Shown piece after piece: positions 51,201-64,000 of a stretch of 64,000 nt of DNA. A program made the position numbers and the translations under genes. The notes under the pieces were generated by a model. It saw only the letters and a program-made list of their open reading frames with translations, was not told the DNA's origin and ran no database searches. The stretch covers positions 10,974,001 through 11,038,000 of the forward strand of contig NC_135264.1 of NCBI RefSeq assembly GCF_964204865.1, given 5' to 3'. Numbering within the stretch: the first letter of the stretch is position 1; each line of letters starts with the position of its first letter. Origin of the DNA: Styela clava (taxonomy: Eukaryota).

Positions 51201-54200
51201 AATTGAACACATTGACATTCAAAATTTATAAAATGATCGAAATAGACTACTGAATTAGGTACCAGTAGTTGAGATTAGCTGAAAAACATGCATTGAATAC
51301 CGCAGAAGTGACAAATCTTACCGATATCTTTGCAGTGTTCAAATTTCTTATCGTTTCTTATTTACAGAACGCAAACTTCTCGTATGTATCGACACTCAGG
51401 CAAACTTGCAAGCATTTTTTCAACCCGAAACAGTTGCTGGTGTCACCTATTTTGTTTTACATTGGAATATTCATTGCCTTCATATACAGTGAAATGAGTA
51501 GAGCGTACATTTCGTGTGTGCTTGGGGTCGAGCAAGTGAGATAATTAAACTGATTGTTCGCCTTTTCTTGAATTCGTACGAGTTTATGTGATTAAGCCAG
51601 AAGAGTAATTTAGGAAATCAATACTTATGTCTTGCATGTCTAATAGAAATGTCGTTGTCAGTGAGTGCCTCTAATCACCTGATTATCCAATAGCGATTCA
51701 ATTTTTGACCCAAAGATGAAAAAGTCGCCGGAAAGCTATTAATTTTTATTTTGGGCTTTAATTAAATTGAAACACTTTTTTCATACCGTCACACTTGACC
51801 GCCTCCACCATGTTTGCTAACCGATTTTTCGAGTAAGCTGCTCGTATCGTACCGGTATCTTTCGCGACTTTGGTATAGGTATAGCCAGTGATGGGATTCA
51901 AATTTTTTGTCAGCCGGTTCCATCACACAAATGACATATTTTCAGCCGGTTCTGTTACAAAAAGTCATGTTTTTTTCAGTAATTCTAACCGGTTCGCCGA
52001 TCTCAGAAAATTCCGTGAGACGCTTCTATAGAACCGGTGCGAACCGGCTGAATCCCACTACTGAGTATAGCCTATATAATTCTTCTAATAAAAGTTTTTT
52101 TTTCAGATGGGTGCCGTATTGATTGTTTACGCATTTGTCAGTGGCTGTATTTCAGCATTATCGCCAAGAATAATCTCTAAATTCGGTAGAAATATTGTAA
52201 TGAGTATCGCATGCTTGATAGACTTGTCAAACTTTGTATTTTGTTTGCTGTGGAGGCCACAAGATGATACAAAGTACCTTGTTTACTTGGTTGGTGTTAT
52301 GTGTGGCCTTTCTGATGGAACGTGGAGGAACTGCACCATGGGTATGTATTACTGCAAGGCTGGACAACCAGCGACTCGCGAGCGGCATGCTTGCAACTGA
52401 GTTGAAAATGATCGATCTTTATGAGTAAGACCAATCAAAATGCGCTTTGAGGAAATGGACCATTGAGTTATGGAAATACATACCAATGGAAAAGTACCTT
52501 AATGTTAAACGAGATGCGCTTAGAACATGGTCAATGTTTGAGTCAAATAGGTCTGCGAATCTGTGATTTTACCCTAAAACACATAAAACCAAAGCATTGA
52601 TCTGTTTTGACTGTCACCCATGTAAAAAAGCTGCTCCGCTTGGCTACAACGACATACAAGCAAAATTTGAAGAGAATTGTTCAATTCATGGAATGCCGGA
52701 AGTTCTACTAAGTAGCATGCATAACAATAAATGGCTAGGCTTACCATACGTCCCGCTTTTTAGCGTCTTGTCCCGCCTTCCCGACAAGTCAGCCAAATGT
52801 CCCGCTTTGGCGTTCAGCCATCCAGCGTAATACACGAACATGTTCTCGTTACTGTTGTTGTTGTGCAGCGCAACGCTAGCCTACTTACTGAAGGTGAATG
52901 CGTTATTTTGTTTGTTTCGTTGTTTCCCGATAACATTGTTAGCGAACGTATCACATGTAAAATAAATTCTAATTGGTCCTGTTCGGACGTTCACGTGAAT
53001 GTAACGTTGAACACCGTCTTTTTGAAGGTGTTATCTACAGAAAAGCATGATTGAGCGAATAGGTAAATTCTCAATGCTTGAAAATTTCATTATTCTTTTT
53101 GCTGTACATGAAAAAATCTGAATTCGGATCATTTGTATCGTTAGCGTCTATTTCTTTCTATTTTTTCGAACTGAACGCGATATTCAGAGAGAGACGGTCA
53201 ACGAAGACAGCCGGAATGGCTTTAAATGTAGGCATATGTAGTAAAATCGGAAACGGTAAAGTTACAGAATCACAGCTAAGGGGTCGTGTTTTTGGAGGCG
53301 TCCCGCTTTGAAGTCAAAAAAATATGCTAACCCCCATAAATGGCTTGTAAATTTTGTTATAATCATGTTGGTTAGTGACATTTACAATAAACTAAAACAC
53401 TAAAACAGAGCTAAATAACGTTATATGTGTGTTCTCGTTTACAATGTGGCTATTCGCAGGAATAAAGTACGAAATGCGGCTCTTGGTCTCCGACCAGTTG
53501 GCCACCCCTGCATTACTGTAATATTAAATATCTTGCGCATTGTCAGTGATAGATCGACAAAAAAATTTTAAAACTTTTTGTGAAATGATCGAAATGTTCA
53601 CAAATGAGCCCCTCGTAAAACTAATCTTTTCGGTATTTATACAGATTTTTACACGGAATATTTTCCACATAATCAAGAAATTTCTTTCACAATCTGGAAT
53701 TTTTGGATAACGCTTGGAATAGCCGTTGCATTCTTTTGGAGTCCCTACTTATGTGTCAGTGTGAAACTTTACATTCAAATCGGACTACTTATATTTGGTA
53801 TAATGTGCTATGGTAAGTTTCACTGACTGATATTTCACGATCCATCGCGCACACGTAGCCTAACCAACGTTGTTACGGTGGTGCATCGCGCATTGAAGAA
53901 TCTTCGTTTTATCAATTGAATAATTTCTTTTCAATCAAACATCAAGGGTTCCGCGATGGGTGCCCGACAAATTCGTTCTTGATCTTCCCACTCGTCTCTA
54001 GTATAATGTATATGTCTCCTTTGTATTATGGGCTCAGCTTAATTAGTTAATGTGGTCATTTATTTTTATTGTTCACCCCACCACCACACAAAACTGGCCT
54101 CGTTGAAGTAAACTCATTGGAACTGACTATGCATTACCTCAGGTCTGGTCTTGTAATATCAAGATAAATGCTTTCTAAACGAACCACAATTTTTTTCTTG

Positions 54201-54273
54201 TTTAGTGGGAGCGGAGTATATCCACTATAAAGAGAAGAAACTTGTTGAAAAAAGAAGAATATTCAATGAATGA
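48298..54273 (+). CDS. UNC-93A-like MFS-fold membrane protein, 528 aa
   Basis: Exons 48298-48520, 48612-48687, 48767-48840, 48926-49107, 50534-50926, 51368-51535, 52107-52341, 53645-53812, 54206-54273 = 1587 nt in frame. UNC-93 motifs LQSSIN..EG.G, ANFYP, CGANDC, AYISCVLGV, LCVSVKLYI. Confidence 0.9.
49378..50394. mobile_element. hAT-like MITE in UNC-93-like intron 4, containing a second repeat
   Basis: Ends CAGTGGTTCCCAAAC / GTTTGGGAACCGCTG. TSD degraded. Confidence 0.7.
50010..50322 (+). repeat. Interspersed ~300-bp repeat, copy 1 (possibly Helentron/HINE-like)
   Basis: Matches 54872-55163 (gaatatcggtc.gagaccgaagacttatcgatcg ... ttaccga....atcgataagtaa). No TSD seen. The class is a guess. 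Confidence 0.75.
51886..52063. mobile_element. Short hAT-type MITE
   Basis: TIRs CAGTGATGGGATTCA / TGAATCCCACTACTG, ccggttc subterminal motifs, TSD GGTATAGC/AGTATAGC. Confidence 0.88.
52355..53510. mobile_element. hAT-type MITE just inside UNC-93-like intron 7 (host of a nested element)
   Basis: Ends CAAGGCTGGACAAC / GTTGGCCACCCCTG, TSD TATTACTG/CATTACTG. Confidence 0.8.
52736..53336 (+). mobile_element. Nested TAGGCTTACCATA-family hAT MITE
   Basis: Same family as 36438-37051, TSD TAAATGGC on both sides. Confidence 0.9.
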
Positions 54274-54871
54274 ATATTCAGTATTGAAATTCTGTTGCAG
54301 TCGTCACATAAACATTTTAAAAACAATTATCCCGAAGCCACAATAAAAGCTAACTATATCCTCGTCAGAAACCAGCAAAATATTGACAAAAAAATACAAT
54401 TATAAATTTTGCAAAGAAGTCTATGATTGCCTGTTTATACTTTATTGTATACACTTAAAAGGCTTTCAGTTAACTTTAATAAATATCATGTATCAAACGT
54501 CCTGTTGTCCTACACTTATGCTACTTACTCGTACCCCACTCGAATTTAAATCATGCGTTCCCGGGTGGGAGAGATTGCGCAAGTGGGATTCGTTGTATAA
54601 ATGTGGAACGACTGTAGACTAATGAGAGAGGGGCAGATTTTAGAAATGTGAAAAGTGGTAGGCAAGGACAAAAGTAAAATTATGAGATGATACCGTTCCG
54701 ACAACGAGGTTTACATATTTTTAAGCTCCAATTACACCAAAACAACAAACCGTAGGTCATGAATGTAAAAAATTTGGTCAATAACTGCAAGTCTGGAATC
54801 AAAAAAACATATGGAAGCAATTGAAACAATTTAAAAGCAAATACGCATTTTCATGAATGCGCTAAGTAAGT

Positions 54872-55163
54872 AAACGTGAATATCGGTCAGAGACCGAAGA
54901 CTTATCGATCGAAAGTTAGGGGATCCCAAAACAGCGCTCTTACTCCATAGTGACACCTTGTGTCCCATCACTAATTAATTAATACCTCGCTAATTATACG
55001 ACATAATTCGCACAGAATCAATAGGCTTCTGGTCCGAGATATGATGGATGCACATGCAAAATCTGGAGCCGATTCGATTTCGTGAGATATCGCGTGCATC
55101 TAACAGACATACAGACAGACAAATACCTATTAACATACCTACCGATTAAAATCGATAAGTAAT
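54872..55163 (+). repeat. Interspersed ~300-bp repeat, copy 2
   Basis: Matches 50010-50322 and contains an acag microsatellite near the 3' end. Confidence 0.75.
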
Positions 55164-56549
55164 AACAATGTCACCATGTTAGTCATTAGATCTCTGCATC
55201 CATTATTTGAGTAACGCAATTTCATATATGCATCTAAAGACAGCAAAATCAATTTATTTTGCAAGATTGCATATCACATCAAGTCATCAAATCACATCAA
55301 TAGAATCATACATATGTATTTAGCTTGTCATTCGAAATTACCATAAACTTTTCGAAGAAAATAGGACTAAGCAAGTTACGAATAGATTTGGCAGTAAGAT
55401 GAATAGTGAGCAATTGATGATTCGCACCAGATCTTATTTGGATGAATAATAGCTTGATGATATACTGATTATACTTAATCATAGGGAAAGCATAATCGTT
55501 TCAAGTTTCTGATTTAAAGGAGAAGTGTGTTCACTATTCATCCGTCGTCAAACTAAAGGCATCTGTATCTAATACCCATTAGCTGGGTAGCTATTCCCGT
55601 TTCCAGGTCGATTTGATGTAAATATTATTGAAGCGTTGTCGTAAAAATGATATAGGCCCACTGCATTTGATAGTTAGTTTTACAAGGCGCTTTTCTTCAA
55701 AACAATTGAAAAAAAATCGATTATTCAAATATGTTAATAATAATAGGCTATACTATGACGTGTATACGGTGATTTCCACTTGTGGAAAATGTCTTTATTG
55801 TGCAGCTTATTACGAAACGATCATGAAACATCTGTATAGTTTCTTATTCCTTAAATTAAGACGGGATTCGCCATAGATAAATCTATATTGGGAATATACC
55901 TACTGTTAAATTTAGGATTGCGTATACATTGTAATTTTTTAATGGTTAAGACTGCGTGCTAACTAATAGTGAGAAAATTAAGTATTAAATTACCAGAAAG
56001 ACGTTGGTAGATATGAACCAATACCAGACTTGAAACGATAGAATTTACCTTACTGGTAAACGGTTAGCCGGAAGTTCATGCATGGAAATTTGTTAACAAG
56101 CAATAACAAAATGGTATTCTAACTGCTTCTATTGAGTTTCTACTGAAGTATCTGCAAGGTTTAATCACACACGAGACTTCCTGCAACGTTTGTTACAAGA
56201 ATGACGTCTTTCGAATCATATTCTTAAATAATGATGATCATCGTTAGGTCAAGAAGTCTTTGAATTACAGCAGTAAATGCAAGATGTGCTGTCTTACAAA
56301 CTTTTTAAATTACAAAAGGGATTTATCGATACCATATATTGCTTTGGCCTTCACAGATGTATTAAATGAAGTGAAAATACTTATACAATTACTGATTAAG
56401 TAACAACAAACCTGGTTAAGATATATTGAGAACTGACTTCATAACAAAATTGAAGTCGTAAAGGGACTTGAAAGAAGACAAATTCAAATAATATAAACCA
56501 TTCTGGAGTGTGTTAAGAAGTACCTGCAAGGTACAGCTGAGAACGCAAG

Positions 56550-59500
56550 ATGTGCTGTTTTTTTAAATTTCTTCAGTATCTTCTTCTCTATTATAATGTC
56601 GCAATTTTGGGTAAGTTGGTTATATACACCGGGGTGTATTTATAATTTACCTGGGTATCCTATGGTTAACACCAGGGCTAGGGAGCAAGTTAGACATAAT
56701 GGCTCCGGGGCCTCGGTATATACAACTCAAGTCTCCATCACCAGCGCTTCATATTTGTGCTGGAGTTCCGAATCCTTGGCCATTGATGTTGATGACCATA
56801 AACTTTAGCCCGAATTTTAAAAAGTTTCTTCGGAGTTTATATATCCAAATTCAACTTCGAACTTATAAAATAAAATTAGAAATCAAGTTAAAAAAAAATG
56901 AAGCTGAAAAGGAAAGAGTGATTTAAATGTATAAAATAAACAATTAGATAGTTAAGAGCTGGAGCCACTGAAATTTCTGGTAGCTTGGGCTTAATCTATT
57001 TTGTCAACCCTGGTTCCAGCTCAGTCAAAATGTCACGTTTCCCCGACCCCGCAGTCCAGGTGGATACAAAATAATAATGGAAAATTTCAATTGTGACATT
57101 TGTACCATTTTAAAAATTGAACAATCAAAAAATGAAGCAAAATATTCCGTGGGGATTTGACTCCCTTGGTTAAATAATTCGTATGATATATTATTCATAG
57201 TGGGGTGACGAGTTTACTCTTTTCTTACTATGTACACATTTCTAGGTCGTTATCATTTGTTTTACCTAAAGCAAATTCATTCTTATTCATCATCGGACGA
57301 ACTAAAACCGTTCAGTCGAATAGTTGTTTTTTTATTTTTTGCATTTTTCACAGTAAATTCTCTAAATGTACGAAGGCTTCGTCCAGGTTGTCGAATTGAA
57401 GATGGCTATCACATATGTTCTTTAACTGGACTCTGTCAAAAACGAGATGGTGTTTTCGATGATAGGTGCGAGAATGGTCAGTATCAAATTGTAATTTTAT
57501 TCGGGAAAACAAGCAAATATTTGAAAAAAAAATTGATGATATGAATCGGCACTTTGCGTTATGGATCTTTCTACCGACCTAACTTTTATGTATTTCCAGG
57601 AACTATCAGTATGCTCACACATCTTGTCAGTATAATGACAATATATCTTTTGCTTGGGTAACTACAAATGTAATCAGTTACTAAAAGTAACCTATTTAAG
57701 AGGGTTAAAAACAACTATCACTTTCTTGGAACCATTCAGTTTGACTGGTTACTTTGAATTTCACGTATGCTTAGATTTGACATTCTCTTTATCGCCCACT
57801 CTCAATGCAGGTAATTAGATAATGTTTAATAAATATTGACCTGCTCAACGTGTGAGACTCCGAGTATAAAGAGGTTTTAGCGTAGGATAAATTTTCGTTG
57901 ACATATCGATAACTAAGCAATAGTACTAGTCCAATCTTTCTTCACATATTAAGTATTTATTATTCTGCATACATTGACAACCAATAGAAATGGAACACTT
58001 TTGTTCATTGTCAGTACCAAGGAAACCATTTGTTGCAAAATACTAGCACTACAAAACATTGAGAAATGCGCAAAATCGAATGATAAACAGTAACATAAAC
58101 ACCATTTAACAATAAATCTTATCACAGCAAGAGTGAATTGTACGGATGATGAATTTACTTGCCGTGGAGTCAATAGATGTATACCAAGAATGTTACTGGG
58201 AACAAAGAATGGTTGTCTTTTGGGGAAGAAAGGAGTCATCACTCTCCCATGCAGGCCCGATGGTAAAATATATCAGTATTTCACAATTACAGCGGTATAT
58301 ATGTTTACACTATTGTAACAAAGCGTCAATAAAATTAAATAAATATTCATTGGCAACGAAGTGAATATGTGTTCTCTTGAATATACAGCATATTTCACAA
58401 TTACAGCGGTATATATGTTTACACTATTGTAACAAAGCGTCAATTAAATTAAATAAATATTCATTGGCAACAAAGTGGATATGTGTTCTCTTGAATATAC
58501 AGCATATTTCACAATTACAGCGGTATATATGTTTACACTATTGTAACAAAGCGTCAATTAAATTAAATAAATATTCATTGGCAACGAAGTGAATATGTGT
58601 TCTCTTGAATATACTATACTGTTCAGTGTTCACACGTATGAAAGATTCAACGTAGGTCACATTTTGCCTTGTGTCTTTGGTAGCACTCACAAAAAAAATA
58701 CCCGACGTCACACATATCTTTTGTCACCTTGTGGGACAAGCGAACCCATGGATAATTTTGCTCAATCTTTAGCATTGTTCTGTTTTTTGTGAAATCATCG
58801 TTTTTTTTCCAACTAATGGGCAGTCGATTTTGCTGTAAGGCTATTACTTCTATTTTTACAATATGTTATCTGAGTTATACGGGTCCCAATATTTAATCGC
58901 AAATTTTACTGGTTTTGAAAAATTCACGACAAACCTACATATGATTTCGGAGGAGTACTTATCGCGATTCTTCAAGTGGAATTACGCTTGCATCGCAGAG
59001 GCCGTGTACGTCATTTGAACTTGGGGTCTAATGGTTTCAAATCGCTCGGTAGTTGTGGATTGGCCTGGTAAAATTAGTAAACAATCTCAGAATAGCTTAA
59101 TTAAACGACGAAGAATAAAATTAATCTAGTAGTGCGTAGTTCTCTGCTTCTAATATTATCGGATCGACATACAGAACGTGGTTCACCTGCTAATACAAAT
59201 AGGGCCGACTTTAACTATTGCTAGGACCACACCAATAGGGAATGCGCAATCTGCAGGGCCCATCCTGGACACCGATAAAAATATTACGCGAAAAATTGAG
59301 ATTTTGTAATTAAAAATGAATCATAGTTTATTTTTCATCACCTTTTATCCAAGTATAAAATCACGGTTAAATGTAACGTTTATATGCACATATAATATAT
59401 GAGAATTTGCTTCTAAACAAGGATGTATATTAGAGATTCTAAATCACCATACGGTCGTTTTAATATATATATTTTTTTATATATTGTATTCAGAATTTAC

Positions 59501-62500
59501 ATGCCGATACAGCAGGCTATGCCTGCCAAGGTGGGCAGTGATGGACGGTAACGTAAATTGCGAAACTACCGAAGTTGTTGACGACAGTGACGAAATGGCA
59601 TCTCTCAATTCCTGCAGTGAAAGTGAATTCAACTGTACCAACGGAAGATGCATTCCCAGAGAATGGGTTTTTGATAAACATGACGATTGCAAAAATGGTG
59701 AAGATGAAATTGAACCTTTCAGATATTGTAACAATGCTGAAGAATTCCGATGTGACAACGGACAATGTGTAAAAAGATATCGAGTGAATGACGGCCATCC
59801 AGATTGCGAAAATGGTGCTGATGAAAGAAAACAGTTAGCGAAATGCATAACTACGACAGAGTTCCGTTGCAATGATAGCGGAAGATGTATTCCGCGCAAT
59901 TGGGTTGGGGACGGAGTCAAAAATTGTAAAGATAGCAGCGATGAAGTGATATTTTGGAATCAAACTTGCTCAACAAAAGAATTTTCTTGTCACAACGGGC
60001 GTCGATGCATTTTGTCTAAATATTTATGTGATGGGATGGATCATTGTGGAGATTGTAGCGATGAAATAGAAGGATGCAAAGAAGCACGAATGGTGAGGTG
60101 TCCTCTCGACTCATCAATTTGCATACCACAGTCCTACGCCTGCGATGGATTCCAAGATTGTCCAAAAGGAATCGACAACCCACAATACATGCCTGGTTTT
60201 AAGTGTAAAAAGACTGTCTTAGCAACAGAAGAAGAAATGTGTAATATTCCTCAATGGACATTACATGATAATCACACTATGTGCGAAGACAAATCAGACT
60301 TATGTTTCAAGAATAATTCATTTAATTGCGCTCGTTGTGTATCTGACAACAAAATAATAGCGAAACGTCAAATGTGTGATGGCGTCATTGATTGTACAGA
60401 TTTATCAGATGAATGCCTTTGTAATTCGAACCGAAATAACGTCGATTTGATGAAATTGTGCAATTCAATTTGTTATCATTCTAACAAATGTGGTGATCTT
60501 AACAACTGCCGAGTCGGAGAGTTGTATTGTGATACGAGCAAAAAATGTTTAAGCCTTTCAAAGGTGTGTGATGATGTTGTGGACTGTCCAATATCAGCGA
60601 TTGACGAGAAACTATGCATTCAGCCTGACAAGGATGTTGTTGCAATACACAACACTACTGATTTTGATTGTTGGAAAGTTTCAGATATCATTTTGGAAAT
60701 AGTAGAAACTGCAAATCTTATGGAACTTTTCAACAATCTATATTCAACGCACGGTAAAAAGTATGTAAATTTCCTAAAATTCCAAAAGCGAAAATTATCC
60801 GATATCCAAATTCAGTGATTTATTAGAAAAATAATATCAATACCTCATTACTTGTATAAAATTCGAATGCTTCGTGGTGTCAAAGACCAATTTCAGATAC
60901 TTTTCTTCATCATTGTTCTAACCAGGATATCATTAATTTGATAATTTTTGTGGTTCCAGTGAAGGACTTGTGATGATTTGTTGGACTCAAAATATACCTA
61001 TGGATCGGTTTTTTTACTTGTTTTTGTAATGGAAAATTACTTTTCTCCGCATGTAACACACCAATTGATCTCAATTTTTCAGTACGTAAAGATGAAAATA
61101 GTCACCAGAAGGCTATTAATAATTTTTCTCTGAATTCTACATGGTCTTAAAACTAACCATAAATTTAACTGGTTTTTGTTCTCACGAAGACAACACCTTG
61201 AGTAAAATCCCTTTACCAACTCGAATGACGATTTCTCTTAACACTGCGGTGGCTTAGTTACTTTGCCTTTGTGTCCATATATCCAAGTATTGCTTTTCTC
61301 ATTTATTTTTGTGTTACAAGGTGTGACGGTGTAATTGATTGTGCTCGCTTCGAAGATGAATGCAATACGGAATGTTATCTGCCAGAATGCGATAAATTTC
61401 AGCTGTTAGAAATACCGTTCAATGAGTTCATTTTTGGAGGAGTAGTAGAAAAAGTCCGGGCGTAAGTGACGATTTCGATATCTCGTACTCTCTTCGAAAT
61501 GTTTGCCAACTTACAGTATTGTTTCAATGCGACAAACCAAAATGTACCTACCTTCAAATCTTTAGCATTGTTTTCGACAGATGCAGTGATTATGTGACGG
61601 AAAGTGGTTACGATTATACAAACTTTGTCATCGGAGAGTCAATATGCAATGGAATCAAAGATTGTACAGACGGTGCCGATGAACAGAATTGCACAGATTT
61701 TTTCAAATGCAACGCTGGTACAGTAGAATCACCACTTGGCACAAGACAGGTTGAATTCTCATTAAAATCTTTACAAATGTATTTAATTACAAACCTTTTA
61801 ATATCTATGGTACAAGTCGTGTAAATGGTGTAACTGAAAGTAGTATGTATCCGACAAGTAGCAAACGGCATTTTAGTGGCACCGTAGTGAGTTCACGCGA
61901 GCTTGTTTCTCCAATATAAATCCATTTAATGAATTTGAACAAAACTATCTGATCATAAATATGAATTACCTGGTGATATTCCCAAATTAGTGCAACTCAC
62001 TTTTGTTAATTTTGAATCCACTTTTTTCCATTTTTTAGCGCATTGCCGTAAACAAAGACAAAGTATGTGATTTACAATTAGACTGCTTGGATCAATCAGA
62101 TGAAAAAAGCTGCAATGATTCGACTCATTTTTATTGCAAAAGCGGAAGCCCTCTCTTTGTTCCATTCTCATCAGTAATGAACGGCAAACAAGACTGCGAA
62201 GACAACACCGACGAATGTCCAGACAACTGGAATGACCTAAACCCGTTATCTTCGCCAGAAGAAATGATTAGACTTTCGTTTCTCCGTTATTTCATCTGGT
62301 TTATGTCATGTATCGCAATTCTAGGAAACCTCGCCGTTATTATAGAAACTTGTTACTCTGAATTTGGCTCACAGTCTAGTGCGCAAAGCCCAATGAGTCG
62401 ATGTAACAGAATACTGATAATAAACCTGGCAATATCTGATTTCCTCATGGGGGTCACCTTGCTTATAATTGGAATTAAGTCAGCTTCAATGTCCGGCGAA

Positions 62501-63514
62501 TACTGTTTAAAGGACAAACAATGGAGGATCAGTGGTTCTTGTAACGCAATCGGAGTTATGACAGTATTATCCAGTGAAACATCCGTGTTTTCTCTGGTTG
62601 TCTTGACCATGTATCGCTTTTATGGGATTCATAGACCGTTTCAAAGCAGGAATGTAAAACCAAAATGGGCTATCGTTGCAGTGATTATAACGTGGACCTT
62701 GTCCTTTATTCTAGCTGCGTTGCCTCTGATTCCTTCAATTAATCAAACTATGGTACCAGAGGCACTCACACAGCCATCAATGTACTTTGAAAACACTGTC
62801 GTATCATGGGATGACTACAGAATGTTTGCAGAACGAATTGCTGTTCTTGGACGCCGTGTAAATAAAATATCAACGAACTTTGAAACTTGGAAGAATGCAC
62901 GTAATATGTTAGAAAGTATTTACAAGGACTTTGCTCCGAGTGTACTCGGTTACTTCGGCTTCTACAGCGCCGATGGAGTCTGTATTCCAAGATTATTCAG
63001 AATAAGCGGAAGACCGTCTCTCCACGCGTTGTCTTTGTTTATAATAAGTCTGAATTTTTGTATCCTGCTGTTTATCATCATTGCTTATTGTAAAATATAC
63101 CATAAGTCAACGCATAGAAAAGTCAAGGGCAGTGCAACAAAGCACGATAACCGGAGTAGAGTAATGCAGAGAAAAATCACAATTCTAATTGCGACGGATC
63201 TGTGCTGTTGGCTTCCGATTTGCATCATGTCTATAGCAAGTCAAGTTGGAACGAACTTCTCGGGAGACGCATATGCCGTTGCTGCGATTCTTCTGTTACC
63301 AATCAACAGTTCACTAAATCCTATTATATACTCAAGTGGTTTTGCCGTTGCCCGAGCAGCTCTTTCTCACAAAACTGTAGCAATTCAAGCTTCTATCAGA
63401 CGCCGTATAACGCGAAAGCCTGATCCGGAATTCGAGCAAAATAACATCGCAATGCATGATAGTGGGAAAACAGGCGTGCAAACGCTGTCTCCAACATCAG
63501 TACTCAATTCTTAG
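56550..63514 (+). CDS. LDLa-repeat GPCR copy D, 1123 aa
   Basis: Exons 56550-56610 (MCCFFKFLQYLLLYYNVAIL), 57354-57476, 58128-58262, 59494-60760, 61321-61461, 61581-61749, 62039-63514 = 3372 nt in frame. Closest to copy C. Confidence 0.93.
58277..58616. repeat. 3 x 114-bp near-perfect tandem repeat in intron 3 of copy D
   Basis: tatttcacaattacagcgg... starts at 58277, 58391 and 58505. A single diverged counterpart is in intron 3 of copy C (~29905-30005). Confidence 0.92.
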
Positions 63515-64000
63515 ACGCCATCCAACCCAACGTCTCTACAGTTAGAGGACACGAAAAGAACTCAATAAATTGATTGATTTGCTAAGTTATCGGAATTATT
63601 GTTGTAAATAATCACTCTTCTCCGGCTGGGCCAGTATAGGAGAACTGCATTTTATCATAAGTAATGTCATTTATATGTGTATGTTCGAAATACAAATTGT
63701 GGGTATAATACCATCGTAACTGCACTAACACATTAACTGTTTATTTCTTTTTGGGTTTGGATTTGGAATCGGTTTTCATTGCAGATTCGTTTTATTTTGG
63801 AAATCATGATGCTCATTATCAAAAGTTTGGTATCTACATCTGTTCCCGCGTGCCGGTTTTGTTCGGATCCTCATAGCCTGATGATGCTTCCCCGAGCCAT
63901 GCCTATGACATCAGGAAAAATATTTCCTGTGCGTTACCCTTGTAAGATTCTTGATGCCTACTTTGGAACTGTTAGGCTTTGAAAATCACATAAATTGCCA

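Noticed and set aside
48298-54273. Functional link between the UNC-93-like gene and the receptors, by analogy with UNC93B1 chaperoning TLRs
   Set aside because: The motifs look UNC-93A-like, and adjacency alone is not evidence in an animal genome.
58277-58616. Possible CRISPR-like array or repeat-encoded peptides
   Set aside because: Head-to-tail identical units with no unique spacers, in a eukaryotic intron.
63750-64000. Possible exon of another gene at the right edge
   Set aside because: No convincing frame or motif. Its only clear feature is homology to 26520-26730.

Overview
AT-rich, intron-containing animal genomic DNA. It is probably an invertebrate chordate such as an ascidian; that is inferred from gene content and cannot be proven here. 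The ORF track shows only exon fragments, so genes were rebuilt by hand from splice sites and reading-frame phase. Contents: (1) At the left edge, the 5' part of a minus-strand gene encoding a probable signal peptide, a thrombospondin type-1 repeat, and a domain resembling the N-terminus of bacterial VioB/RebD/StaD-type proteins. It runs off the window. (2) Four intact 7-exon paralogues (A, B minus; C, D plus) of a ~1120-aa rhodopsin-class GPCR of the GRL101/RXFP (LGR type C) group, with many LDLa modules but no leucine-rich repeats. A broken fifth copy has two halves flanking copy C. (3) A 9-exon tektin-2 gene with an RFX X-box upstream. (4) A 9-exon UNC-93A-like transporter gene. (5) Many non-autonomous hAT-type elements with 8-bp target-site duplications (several nested), tRNA-derived SINEs and short tandem repeats. 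The most novel-looking items are the secreted TSP1 + VioB-like fusion gene and the LRR-less LDLa-GPCR cluster with locally hypervariable ectodomain inserts.
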